Shown piece by piece: positions 9,111 to 18,097 of a DNA stretch of 64,000 nt; positions within the stretch are counted from its first letter, which is position 1, and every line of letters begins with the position of its first letter. The stretch is from Patescibacteria group bacterium. Its GTDB lineage: Bacteria; Patescibacteriota; Microgenomatia; UBA1400; PJMF01. The DNA lies in NCBI GenBank assembly GCA_023382875.1, contig JAHDXH010000003.1, positions 7,608-71,607 of the forward strand, in the 5' to 3' direction. The notes beneath the pieces are model-generated. The model saw nothing but the letters and a program-made list of their open reading frames with translations, did not search any database and was not told where the DNA came from. The translations under genes and the position numbers were made by a program.

Positions 9111-10874
9111 ATGCCAGATATTCCACTGCCCCAACCACAAATGCCGGTTGCGCCCAAGGCTATAACACCTCCGCCAAATATTCCTAGTGTCTCAAGTGGG
9201 ACAGCTGGTTTGCCAAAGCCCCCTGCTTTTAATGTTCCTGTTCCATCTAAACCAGAAACACCTAAAGTAGAATTACCAAAGCCAGTTGCGCCCGCTCCTT
9301 CTGTGCCTAATTCAGTAGTTCCAACTCCTGTTGCTGGAAATTTACCAAAACCAATTGCTCCAGCAGCTCCAACAACTTTACCAGCACCGCCAAAGCCACC
9401 AATGGCAACTCCTTCTGGAATGCCACCAGCTCCAACTGCTGTCAAACCAGAAAATCCCTCAACTCAGCCTGCAGGAGCAACACCACAAATGGCCAGTACT
9501 GGTAATCCATTGAAGAAATTTTTACCTATTATTATTGCAGTCATCTTGCTTTTAGTTGTTGGTGTGGGTGCTTTTGCTTTTATGAATGGTCAAAACAAAC
9601 CCACCTCTGTAAAAACCACTACTACTAATACTCCAACTAATACTACTAAAACTTCTGCTTCTCCAACTAGTGATTCTGGTAGACAAACAGTTCCAGATAA
9701 AAAGATTCAAATTACCTACTGGGGTTTGTGGGAGCTTTCAGCGACCATGGAACAAATTTTTTCTGATTTTGAGAAAGCAAATCCAGGGGTAGAGGTCATT
9801 TATCAGGTTCAATCGCATGTTGATTATCGACAAAGACTTCAAACCGCTATTGCTTCTGGCAATGGTCCGGATTTATTCAGATATCACGCTTCTTGGGTGC
9901 CAATGTTGTCGGCTGAATTAGCATCTTTGCCTAGTAAAATTATGTCTGTCAACGAGTTTCAACAGACATTTTATCCTGTAGCTGTTCAACAACTTCAGTA
10001 TGGCGGCCAAATCGTTGGTGTACCTTTGATGTATGACGGCTTAGGTCTTTATTACAACACTGAAGTTTTAAGTACTGCTGGTGTTGAACCACCTAAAACT
10101 TGGGTCGAACTTAAAAGTTTGGCTAGTCGTTTAACTATCCGTAATGGCAATGAAATTAAGAGAGCTGGTTTAGCTATTGGAAATGCTTCTACGACGGAAC
10201 ATTTTGCTGACATTATTGGTCTTCTCATGTTACAAAATGGTGCTGATCCTAAAAATTTAACTTCTAAAGAAGCTCAAGATGCGATGGTTTTTTACACCAA
10301 CTTTGTTAGTAAAGACAAGGTTTGGGATGAAAAATTACCTACTTCAACCGTCGCTTTTGCTAGAGGTGATGCCGCCATGATGTTGGCTCCAAGCTGGAGA
10401 GCTCACGAGGTGATGGCGCTGAATCCCAATCTCAAATTTGGTATTACTACTGTTCCTACTTTAGGAGAACAAAAGATTTCATGGGCTACTTATTGGGCAG
10501 AGGGTGTGAGTAATAAGAGTAAAAATCAAGAAATGGCCTGGCAGCTTATTAAGTACATGTCTTCAAAAGAAGTAATGCAAAAAATGTATGCCGAGCAAGC
10601 TAAAACCAGAGCTTTTGGTGAAATTTACTCTCGTATTGATTTGGCTGATAGTTTAGCTTCAGATCCTTATGTTGCACCATTCTTGGCCGATGCACCTTAC
10701 GCTAAGGGCTGGTATTTGAGCTCATATACTCATGATAATGGACTTAATGACAATTTGATTAAATATTATCAAGATGCGGTGAACGCCTTGGTTTTGGGCA
10801 AAAACCTAGAAACAACCATGGAAACTTTATCCTTGGGTTCACAGCAGGTTTTGCGTCAGTACAAAATTAAGTAA
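9111..10874 (+). CDS. Extracellular solute-binding protein (ABC type, family 1-like) with Pro-rich N-terminal extension and TM anchor
   Basis: About 130 aa of Pro-rich sequence, then a TM helix and a Thr-rich linker. This is followed by a roughly 400-aa SBP-like domain (ITYWGLW...; conserved W/Y-rich sugar-SBP pattern). No permease or ATPase genes are adjacent. Confidence 0.55.
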   Translation: MPDIPLPQPQMPVAPKAITPPPNIPSVSSGTAGLPKPPAFNVPVPSKPETPKVELPKPVAPAPSVPNSVVPTPVAGNLPKPIAPAAPTTLPAPPKPPMATPSGMPPAPTAVKPENPSTQPAGATPQMASTGNPLKKFLPIIIAVILLLVVGVGAFAFMNGQNKPTSVKTTTTNTPTNTTKTSASPTSDSGRQTVPDKKIQITYWGLWELSATMEQIFSDFEKANPGVEVIYQVQSHVDYRQRLQTAIASGNGPDLFRYHASWVPMLSAELASLPSKIMSVNEFQQTFYPVAVQQLQYGGQIVGVPLMYDGLGLYYNTEVLSTAGVEPPKTWVELKSLASRLTIRNGNEIKRAGLAIGNASTTEHFADIIGLLMLQNGADPKNLTSKEAQDAMVFYTNFVSKDKVWDEKLPTSTVAFARGDAAMMLAPSWRAHEVMALNPNLKFGITTVPTLGEQKISWATYWAEGVSNKSKNQEMAWQLIKYMSSKEVMQKMYAEQAKTRAFGEIYSRIDLADSLASDPYVAPFLADAPYAKGWYLSSYTHDNGLNDNLIKYYQDAVNALVLGKNLETTMETLSLGSQQVLRQYKIK

Positions 10875-10911
10875 ATTTCACAATTAGTGAGTTTGGTCTT
10901 ACAATACCTTC

Positions 10912-11814
10912 ATGACTAAACTAGATCTCAAAGGATCTGTCTTATTGTCCATTGCTTACTCTGGAATTTTTTCGTTCCCCTTAACATTTTGGGAAGTCTA
11001 TAAAAGGTTGTTGTTTTTTTCTGACGTGAGTGCACAGGAATTGGCCAAAGCATTAAAAACACTAGTACAGTTGAAACAAATCGAATTTTACCAAGATCAT
11101 TTTTTTATAGGAAAAAAAGATTTAGTTGAAGAGCGAAGACGGAAATTAAAAATTTCTGAGCAGAAAATCAAAGAAGGGGAAAGATTAGTTTCTTTGGTTA
11201 GGTATTTGCCTTGGGTGAAGGCGATGGTTGTCTCTGGATCAATTGCTGTAAATAATGCCAAGTCAAAAGACGACTTAGATTGGTTGGTTATTACTTCAGA
11301 TAATTCTTTGTGGTTGGTAAGACCACTACTATTAATTTTGGCGAGTTTTTATGGCAAGCGTCGCGATCGAAACGGCGATCATCGAGATAATAGTTGGTGT
11401 TTCAATATGTTTTTGACCGAGTCTAGTTTGGCGATGCCTGTCAATAAAAAATCAATTTATACTGCCTACGAAGTTTGTCAGGCTAGATTTTTATTAGCTA
11501 AAGGCTCAGTAGAAAAAGATTTTTTGGTTGGTAATTCTTGGGTCGAGGGTTTTGTGCCCAATTTTTATCAAGCTAGATTGAATGAGGCTGGGAGCTTTGT
11601 GACCCGTGAGGTCGCAAAACAAAAAAGTCTCAATTTGCTTAGTTATATTAATGAATTAAGTTATAAAATCCAACTTTGGTATATGAAACCACATATCACC
11701 AGAGAAAAAGTTGCTTTAAATTTGGCTTTTTTTCACCCCAGAGATACAAAGAAAAATATTTATATTAGGTGGCTAAAATTAATAAACTTACCATATGTCA
11801 AATCGAGAAATTGA
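10912..11814 (+). CDS. Pol-beta-superfamily nucleotidyltransferase-fold protein
   Basis: VSGSIAVNNAKSKDDLDWLVI fits the hG[GS]x(9-13)[DE]h[DE]h minimal nucleotidyltransferase signature. It overlaps the next gene by 20 nt. Confidence 0.4.
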   Translation: MTKLDLKGSVLLSIAYSGIFSFPLTFWEVYKRLLFFSDVSAQELAKALKTLVQLKQIEFYQDHFFIGKKDLVEERRRKLKISEQKIKEGERLVSLVRYLPWVKAMVVSGSIAVNNAKSKDDLDWLVITSDNSLWLVRPLLLILASFYGKRRDRNGDHRDNSWCFNMFLTESSLAMPVNKKSIYTAYEVCQARFLLAKGSVEKDFLVGNSWVEGFVPNFYQARLNEAGSFVTREVAKQKSLNLLSYINELSYKIQLWYMKPHITREKVALNLAFFHPRDTKKNIYIRWLKLINLPYVKSRN

Positions 11815-12703
11815 AAAATATCGAGGCTTTTCTGAGTGGTTTTTGAAAATGTTTGCCATCGAAGTTGTTGTTTTGGGACAAGAAAACTGGGATGGATTAG
11901 CTGAAGATGCTCATAATGAGGGTGTGATGCCTGTTTTGGCAGGTATGACTCATAAAGATTATGTTGATGGTCCCGTTTTATGGTCGGCTCTAAGTGATGA
12001 GGAAATTATGCTTAGAGTGGTAGTGATGAGGGAAGGATTTAGCGGTGGATTTAAAGAAATCAGGAACGTTGTTTCCAATAAAGTCGCGCCTTCATTGCAG
12101 CTTTCAAGAAATGGAACTGGTCTGGAAGAACTGAAATCAATCCAAGCTCAAGGTGAAAAAGACAGTGCAGTAGCATTATTTTTATCTGGAAACAGAAAAT
12201 TAACTAGTCCATTGAAAGGTGGGATTACCTCAATTATGAGAGGCCAAGATCAAATGTATCCTTTTGTTAACTTGGCTGACCACTCTCCGGTGTTTTTGTC
12301 AGAATCAACAATGTGGCAAAATACCAAACAGCTGGTGAACAGAGCGGTTTTAAACCGAGTCAATTCTCATGAATTTTTATACTTGATGAAGCCTCTCTTT
12401 AGACAAGACATTGATGAATTGGCCGAAGGTAAAAAAGGCAAGGTCGGCCGTGAAGAAATCTTGCAAAAACTTGAAGTAATTCGTGCTTATGGTATTTTAA
12501 AAACCTTTATTGAAGTAGCTAAAACTGGCCTAGCAGCCTGTAACCCATTGCTTCACAATCCAGATAATTTACCTTTGTTGATAAAATCGCAGCAAGTAAT
12601 TTTTTCTGATGCAAAGCGTGTGGAGTGGTTATTAGCTCATGGTTATTTTAATGAAAGTGATTTGAAAATAATGCTTGCCTTGGCTTTTGGTACCACAAAT
12701 TAG
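11795..12703 (+). CDS. Hypothetical protein, translationally coupled partner of the upstream nucleotidyltransferase
   Basis: 302 aa with no TM segments and no recognised motif. Its start overlaps the stop of the upstream gene. Confidence 0.35.
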   Translation: MSNREIEKYRGFSEWFLKMFAIEVVVLGQENWDGLAEDAHNEGVMPVLAGMTHKDYVDGPVLWSALSDEEIMLRVVVMREGFSGGFKEIRNVVSNKVAPSLQLSRNGTGLEELKSIQAQGEKDSAVALFLSGNRKLTSPLKGGITSIMRGQDQMYPFVNLADHSPVFLSESTMWQNTKQLVNRAVLNRVNSHEFLYLMKPLFRQDIDELAEGKKGKVGREEILQKLEVIRAYGILKTFIEVAKTGLAACNPLLHNPDNLPLLIKSQQVIFSDAKRVEWLLAHGYFNESDLKIMLALAFGTTN

Positions 12704-12710
12704 GGTAAAT

Positions 12711-13133
12711 ATGGATAAAAAAACTGTTTTAGTCACCGGTGTTTTTGACTTACTCCACGAAGAGCATCTGAATTTTTTGAAAAAAGCTAAGAAATTAGGA
12801 AATAGACTAGTCATCGGTATAGAAAGTGATAAAAGAGTTAAGGAAATCAAAGGTATATCGAGACCAGTTTTGTCTGAGCAAATTCGAAAGAAAAACTTAG
12901 AAAAGCTTTTATTGGCAGATGAAGTTTTCATTTTGCCCGAACAATTTAATAAGCCAGAAGATCATCTTAATTTGATCAAAAAAGTTGGAGCTAAGATTTT
13001 GGCCGTTTCATCTCATACTGCCCATCTTGATAAAAAACAGCAGATTATGGAAAAAGTTGGAGGCAATGTCGTTGTTGTTCATGAACATAATCCTCGTGTT
13101 TCTACCTCAATTTTGCTAGAAAAAGGTCGCTAA
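12711..13133 (+). CDS. Cytidylyltransferase-like (adenylyl/cytidylyltransferase family) small protein
   Basis: VLVTGVFDLLHEEHLNFL contains the HxGH-type nucleotidyltransferase motif (TagD/RfaE-II/CTP-transferase-like). Start reassigned to the ATG at 12711. Confidence 0.6.
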   Translation: MDKKTVLVTGVFDLLHEEHLNFLKKAKKLGNRLVIGIESDKRVKEIKGISRPVLSEQIRKKNLEKLLLADEVFILPEQFNKPEDHLNLIKKVGAKILAVSSHTAHLDKKQQIMEKVGGNVVVVHEHNPRVSTSILLEKGR

Positions 13134-13178
13134 ATCTGTAAAACGTTCTAGAATTGTTGTAGGCGTTTTTGCTATCAT

Positions 13179-14273
13179 GTGCTCATGAATAAGCTAAAAA
13201 TAGAGTCAGGTTTTTTGTATGGCGAGAAACTGATTGCACTCTTTGATTTTTGTAAAGCCAATAATTGTGCTATTCCTGCAGTGAATGTTTCTTCATCTAA
13301 TACGATTAATGCCGCTTTGAGTGCGGCTGCGCAGGCAAAGTCACCAATAATTATTCAATTGTCACATTCGGGGTCAGCCTTTTTTGCCGGTAAATCGCTA
13401 GACAACAGTCAGCATCAAGCAAGTGTTTTAGGCGCTGCTTCTGTCGCCATGTATGTAAAGGCTTTGGCTGCAGCTTATGGTGTAGCTGTAATTATTCATT
13501 CCGATCATTGTCCAAAGAAAAAACTTGCTTGGGTGGATGGAATGTTAGAAATCGGAGAAGAGTATTATGCAGATTACGGTGAACCACTTTTCAGTTCTCA
13601 TATGCTTGATTTATCTGAAGAAACCGTAGATGACAACATTAAAATTAGTGCGAGATATTTGAGAAGGATGTCGGAGCTTGAAATGTTGTTGGAAATTGAA
13701 ATTGGTCTAACTGGTGGAGAAGAGGATGGTTTGAATAATGAAAACGCTGAGTTGACTAAGCTTTATTCAAAACCTGAAGATGTTTCGCGAGCTTATGAAA
13801 GATTAAATAATATTGGCAATGTTAATATTGCTGCTTCTTTTGGTAATGTTCACGGTGTTTATCAAGCCAAATCAGTTAAGTTAAAGCCAGAAATTTTGCG
13901 CGATTGTCAGAGTTTGGTATCACAAAAAATCGAAAAAAAAGATAAAAATGGTAAACCGCTTAACCTGGTTTTTCATGGTGGTTCCGGTTCCGACCCCCTC
14001 AAAATTAAAGAATCATTAAAGTATGGCGTAGTTAAGTTTAATATTGATACCGACACTCAGTGGGCTTTTGCTAGTCCGATCAAAAAATATATGGACAAGA
14101 ATGATCAGTTTTTGCATAGCCAGGTGGGAAATAAAAAAGACAAATCAGCACCTAATAAAAAATACATCGATCCCAGAGTTTGGCTATCGGAAGGTGAGAA
14201 TGGGATGACAGCTAAATTGGTCGAGATGTTTGAGCTTTTAAATTGCAAAAATAAATTCGAAATACTCGACTAA
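13179..14273 (+). CDS. fba: Fructose-bisphosphate aldolase, class II
   Basis: AIPAVNV...IIQLSHSG...HSDHC...FHGGSGS motifs are characteristic of class II FBA. Confidence 0.8.
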   Translation: MLMNKLKIESGFLYGEKLIALFDFCKANNCAIPAVNVSSSNTINAALSAAAQAKSPIIIQLSHSGSAFFAGKSLDNSQHQASVLGAASVAMYVKALAAAYGVAVIIHSDHCPKKKLAWVDGMLEIGEEYYADYGEPLFSSHMLDLSEETVDDNIKISARYLRRMSELEMLLEIEIGLTGGEEDGLNNENAELTKLYSKPEDVSRAYERLNNIGNVNIAASFGNVHGVYQAKSVKLKPEILRDCQSLVSQKIEKKDKNGKPLNLVFHGGSGSDPLKIKESLKYGVVKFNIDTDTQWAFASPIKKYMDKNDQFLHSQVGNKKDKSAPNKKYIDPRVWLSEGENGMTAKLVEMFELLNCKNKFEILD

Positions 14274-14330
14274 ATAGCGCTTAAGTGTGGTATACTCACA
14301 CCCATTCTCAAAGAAAGGGATTTTATTAAT

Positions 14331-15464
14331 ATGGCCGACAAGCAAAATGTTGACACAAAAGAAGTAAAGGCTACTTCATTCCAGACTATGGATGAATTAC
14401 TCGCCTCATTAGGAGACACCATCGTGGTTCCTAAAAAAGGACAAGTAGTCAAAGGAAAAATCACTGGTATTGATAAGAAATCAATGACTGTAGATATCGG
14501 AGCCAAAACTGAAGGTTTGGTGATCGAAAAAGAATTTGACGTTGCTCAAGATTACATTAAAGAACTTAAAGTTGGTGAAGAAATTGAAGCTGTGGTTTTA
14601 ACCCCAGAAAACAATCGTGGCCAAATTTTGATTTCACTCAAAAAAGCTGCTGTTGATTCCAAATGGGAATACTTCGAAGATGCTATGGCTAACCAAACTA
14701 TTTTGGAAGTCAAAGGTATTGAGATTAACAAGGGCGGTTTAATTGTTGAGTGCGGTACTATGAGAGGTTTTGTTCCATCTAGCCAATTCGGCAAACAATT
14801 CATGGGCAAGATTAAAAATCTCAAAGGCAAATCAATCTCTGTTTTACCAATTGAAGTAGATAAAGAAAAGAATCGTTTAATTTTCTCAGAACGACATGTT
14901 AGTGAAGCTAAAGAATTAGCTCAGCGCGATGAAGCTTTAGAAAGCGTCAAAGCAGGCACCAACTACGAAGGTGTAGTCTCTGGTGTTATGCCATTTGGTC
15001 TTTTTGTGACTGTCGAAGTTCCTGTTGATGGTAAAGAAGGCGAATTTGGCCATGTTGAAGGTTTAATTCACATCAGTGAAATCTCATGGGAAAAAGTTAA
15101 CAATCCTAAGGATTACCACAAAGTTGGTGACAGAGTTCAAGTTAAAGTTTTAGGTATTGATGAAAAAACCGGCAAACTCAACTTATCTCTTAAACAAATG
15201 AGTGACGATCCATGGGAAAAAATTGAAGAAAGCTACTCAGTTGGCACTACCTTCACTGGTACTGTTTCCAGAGTTGAACCATTTGGAGTTTTCGTTAACG
15301 TCGAGGCTGGTGTTGATGGCTTAATTCATGCTAGTAAACTTACACCAGATCAAACTTTCAAGAAGGGTGATGAGGTTACCGTATCTGTCGAAAGTGTCGA
15401 ACCAAAACAGAGACGTATGAGCTTGAGTGTTGTAACCACCACTGTTCCTGAAAATTACAAATAA
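14331..15464 (+). CDS. rpsA: 30S ribosomal protein S1 (four S1 domains)
   Basis: Repeated S1-domain pattern (GxVVKGKIT..., GEEIEAVVL, GTNYEGVVSGV..FGLFV, GTTFTGTVSRVEPFGVFV). Confidence 0.85.
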   Translation: MADKQNVDTKEVKATSFQTMDELLASLGDTIVVPKKGQVVKGKITGIDKKSMTVDIGAKTEGLVIEKEFDVAQDYIKELKVGEEIEAVVLTPENNRGQILISLKKAAVDSKWEYFEDAMANQTILEVKGIEINKGGLIVECGTMRGFVPSSQFGKQFMGKIKNLKGKSISVLPIEVDKEKNRLIFSERHVSEAKELAQRDEALESVKAGTNYEGVVSGVMPFGLFVTVEVPVDGKEGEFGHVEGLIHISEISWEKVNNPKDYHKVGDRVQVKVLGIDEKTGKLNLSLKQMSDDPWEKIEESYSVGTTFTGTVSRVEPFGVFVNVEAGVDGLIHASKLTPDQTFKKGDEVTVSVESVEPKQRRMSLSVVTTTVPENYK

Positions 15465-15476
15465 AAGGACAAAAAT

Positions 15477-15638
15477 ATGGCAAAACAACGCATGATCGTT
15501 ACCGATGACCAATTGTTGATCGATATGGAATTGCTTTTCAATGCCATTCGTGAAGCAGAAGGTAATTGGGAAAAAGTTGAACAGGACATGCAAATGTACT
15601 TAAAAACTGTTCAATCAATGACCAGTAAAGAAGAATAA
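15477..15638 (+). CDS. Small ORF (53 aa) immediately downstream of rpsA, not in the ORF track
   Basis: An ATG lies 12 nt after the rpsA stop and is preceded by AAAAGGA. The product is MAKQRMIVTDDQLLIDMELLFNAIREAEGNWEKVEQDMQMYLKTVQSMTSKEE. Coding status is uncertain. Confidence 0.3.
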   Translation: MAKQRMIVTDDQLLIDMELLFNAIREAEGNWEKVEQDMQMYLKTVQSMTSKEE

Positions 15639-15766
15639 GTTTTAACAAAATACTCTTAGTTTGGTTGTGTTTATTCACTTAAACCAATTCAAATTAAGAG
15701 TATTTTTTGTATCTAAACTTCAAAAAAAGACGGGTATATGATATAATACTCGAGAAGGAATTGAAT

Positions 15767-16372
15767 ATGTCATACGTTATTACATGTGGAGATGAAGGTG
15801 TTCAAATCAATGAAGGCCAACGTTTAGGTGTCGTGGGTGCTGGTTTTAGATTGGAAAATTTCTCTTTAATTGTCAAAGCTTTAAAAAAATTATTAGGTGA
15901 TGATATTAGAATCGCTGCTAACGAAGAAAACGCTTGGATTAAAGAAAAGCTTGACCTTTCTACCTGGGAACAGGCTAATGCTAGCTCACAACAATACTTA
16001 GAAGCTTTGGCTGACAAAGAAGGTTTGCTTTATGCTGGTATCTTGCCTTTTGCTGATCCTCAAGATTTAAATCACGGCATTAAAGGTCATATGGTCAGAC
16101 CACCTAAGATTCACATTGCCACTAAAATTGCCTTGACCTTGGCTGGTGGCGAACAAACTTTCCATCTTGGTCAAAACATTATTTCTGCCGAATGGGTTCA
16201 TCTAGTTGATCCTAAAATTGCCAAACAACTTCTCGAAGATCAAATTAACTTTTACCAAAAATTAGCTGGAGACACTAAGCTTGAATTAGTTTTGGTGGAA
16301 GAAGGCGAATTAGGTGAAGAAATTGCTGCAAAAAATCGAGCCGCTCTAGAAAAGATTGGTTTTGGGGGCTAG
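15767..16372 (+). CDS. Hypothetical protein (first gene of the paralog block)
   Basis: Start placed at MSYVITCGDEG, which has an AGAAGGAA RBS. No recognised motif. A GHMVRPPKIH segment is noted. Confidence 0.4.
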   Translation: MSYVITCGDEGVQINEGQRLGVVGAGFRLENFSLIVKALKKLLGDDIRIAANEENAWIKEKLDLSTWEQANASSQQYLEALADKEGLLYAGILPFADPQDLNHGIKGHMVRPPKIHIATKIALTLAGGEQTFHLGQNIISAEWVHLVDPKIAKQLLEDQINFYQKLAGDTKLELVLVEEGELGEEIAAKNRAALEKIGFGG

Positions 16373-16417
16373 ATTCTTCAGTTATCAAATACTAAAATAC
16401 GCCATAGAAAGATAACT

Positions 16418-17119
16418 ATGGCAAAAAATTTCGTTCCTCAAAACAGTCAGTATCCTCGTTGTGTTGATGGCCGTGTGGCCGCTGCTTTTGTCGAGTGGGA
16501 TGGTGTTCAGTGGCGTGTTAGTAAAAAAGGTGAAGCAGCCGCTAAAGAAGTTGGTCCTCAATTTTTGGGCGCTTCATTATTATTTGTCAAAGTTTTGGAA
16601 GAATTAGCTGGTAAATCTAGACAAGATGCGATGAGAATGGTCGAACAAGCTAGCGAGAGGCTAGGTTGGGGTTTGCAGATTCATATCGATAACCATCATG
16701 GAGAAATTGACGTCGAGTCCTTATCTGAAGCTGAGGTTGTGGAATTTGCTACATCTCACCATGTGGGTTGTGGTTTTGCTAAGTACGCGTGGGGTGAAGC
16801 AGGGGATGAGCTGATTGCTGCTGCCAAAGAAAGACATTGGCGCATCCAAGTTTTGGATGGTCACCATGAGGAAAAAGGGGCGGTGATTAACTATCGTCTA
16901 AACTATACTTTCAACACTGCTATGGGTGTTTTCGAACAACAATCTCGCTTCAATACTGATTATTCTGATGCTGAAAAAATGTTTGGCGTATTAGGTGAAA
17001 TGCTGAAAGACTCTAGTTTTGCAGATAAAGCTTTGTCTTGGATGGTTGAAACATACAGGGCAGTCGTTGTTGCACTTAAGGGCGTAGAAACTCCAGACCA
17101 AATAGAAATTAATGAATAA
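16418..17119 (+). CDS. Uncharacterised putative metal-binding protein, paralog 1 (CxDGR / HxDxHHGE / GCGFAKYAWG / HEEKG family)
   Basis: Shares four conserved motif blocks with the proteins at 17138 and 18098: PRCVDGR, QIHIDNHHGE, VGCGFAKYAWG and VLDGHHEEKG. Confidence 0.5.
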   Translation: MAKNFVPQNSQYPRCVDGRVAAAFVEWDGVQWRVSKKGEAAAKEVGPQFLGASLLFVKVLEELAGKSRQDAMRMVEQASERLGWGLQIHIDNHHGEIDVESLSEAEVVEFATSHHVGCGFAKYAWGEAGDELIAAAKERHWRIQVLDGHHEEKGAVINYRLNYTFNTAMGVFEQQSRFNTDYSDAEKMFGVLGEMLKDSSFADKALSWMVETYRAVVVALKGVETPDQIEINE

Positions 17120-17137
17120 TTATTTATAGAAATATCT

Positions 17138-17971
17138 ATGACAGATTCAGCACAAGCCGAACTAGAAAAATCACAAGAAGTTGAAAATCAACGCCTTGAA
17201 GCACAAAAACACGCTCAGAAAATGAGAGTGCCTGTTGATAATAGTAAGAGTAAGTGTGTTGACGGTGGATATCAGGAAGATCAAGAAGTTGGTGCGATGG
17301 CCATTCCAGGAGGTGACTTAGGTGTTTCTATGGCATTACTTAGAGTTGGTTATTCTCCTGCAGAAGCTTTTTCTTTGGTAAAGAACTTTGTCGTCGACCG
17401 TGGTGGAAAATATAGTTGGCACTCTGACACTCATGCCGAACCAAGTGGGCACGATGAACATGAAGATCATGACCATGAACACCATCATGATAAACCAGTA
17501 GTTGGTTGTGGTCATTGCAACGCTGCTATTTCTCAAGCTGAACAATACGGGGTTAAATCTGAAGATGTTTCTACATTACTTTCAACAATTAGAAACGAAC
17601 AAGATAATATGAACTTGGTAGTTTTAGACAGAGAACATGAAGAAAAAGCTATCTTAGTGGTTACAAGTAGTGATTTTACTGTCAAACCTTGGGATCAAGA
17701 AGACAATAATCAATATTTCATTTATGATGCCAATAGACATCAACAATTTTTGAAAGAATTTGTGGCTGAGTTGGCTAAAAATGGAAAAAACCAAGTCAAC
17801 GGTCAAGAAGTTACATTCGATAGTTTGTGGGCAGCTTCTCAGGAGCAAACTAATGCTACTTTAGGTTTATTGAAATCTAGTAAAGGTAAGCCAATGTTTA
17901 CAGTAGACGTGAGTAGCGAAATCCCAGAGGTTAAATTGGCTGGATTTGCTCCAGTGATTGAGGCACACTAA
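17138..17971 (+). CDS. Uncharacterised putative metal-binding protein, paralog 2 (divergent; His-rich tract; HAE...CGHC)
   Basis: KCVDGG, HSDTHAEP, VVGCGHC and LDREHEEKA blocks align with paralogs 1 and 3. A unique HDEHEDHDHEHHHD tract follows at aa 105-118. Confidence 0.5.
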   Translation: MTDSAQAELEKSQEVENQRLEAQKHAQKMRVPVDNSKSKCVDGGYQEDQEVGAMAIPGGDLGVSMALLRVGYSPAEAFSLVKNFVVDRGGKYSWHSDTHAEPSGHDEHEDHDHEHHHDKPVVGCGHCNAAISQAEQYGVKSEDVSTLLSTIRNEQDNMNLVVLDREHEEKAILVVTSSDFTVKPWDQEDNNQYFIYDANRHQQFLKEFVAELAKNGKNQVNGQEVTFDSLWAASQEQTNATLGLLKSSKGKPMFTVDVSSEIPEVKLAGFAPVIEAH

Positions 17972-18097
17972 GTCTCAGGCTTGAATTTTAAACTAATTAT
18001 CCTATAATTATCGCGTCAATTGACGCACCTTAACATTTCCAACTCAATGGTTGTTGTTTTGGTGCCTAGAGTTCACATAGAGAAAGGTTTGTGTGAA

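Noticed and set aside
9038-9445. 135-aa Gly-rich minus-strand ORF
   Set aside because: Antisense translation of the Pro-rich codons of the SBP gene (CCA/CCT read as GGT/GGA). No independent signal.
12675-12710. ORF-track start of the cytidylyltransferase-like gene at 12675 (MPWLLVPQIRVN...)
   Set aside because: It overlaps the preceding gene. The conserved fold begins at MDKKTVLVTG (12711).
16418-17119. Interpretation of paralog 1 as a beta-class carbonic anhydrase (C-x-D-x-R and H-x-x-C motifs)
   Set aside because: Spacing between the motifs is about 98 aa versus about 55-60 in beta-CAs, and the His of H-x-x-C is not conserved in paralogs 2 and 3. Kept only as a remote possibility in the findings.
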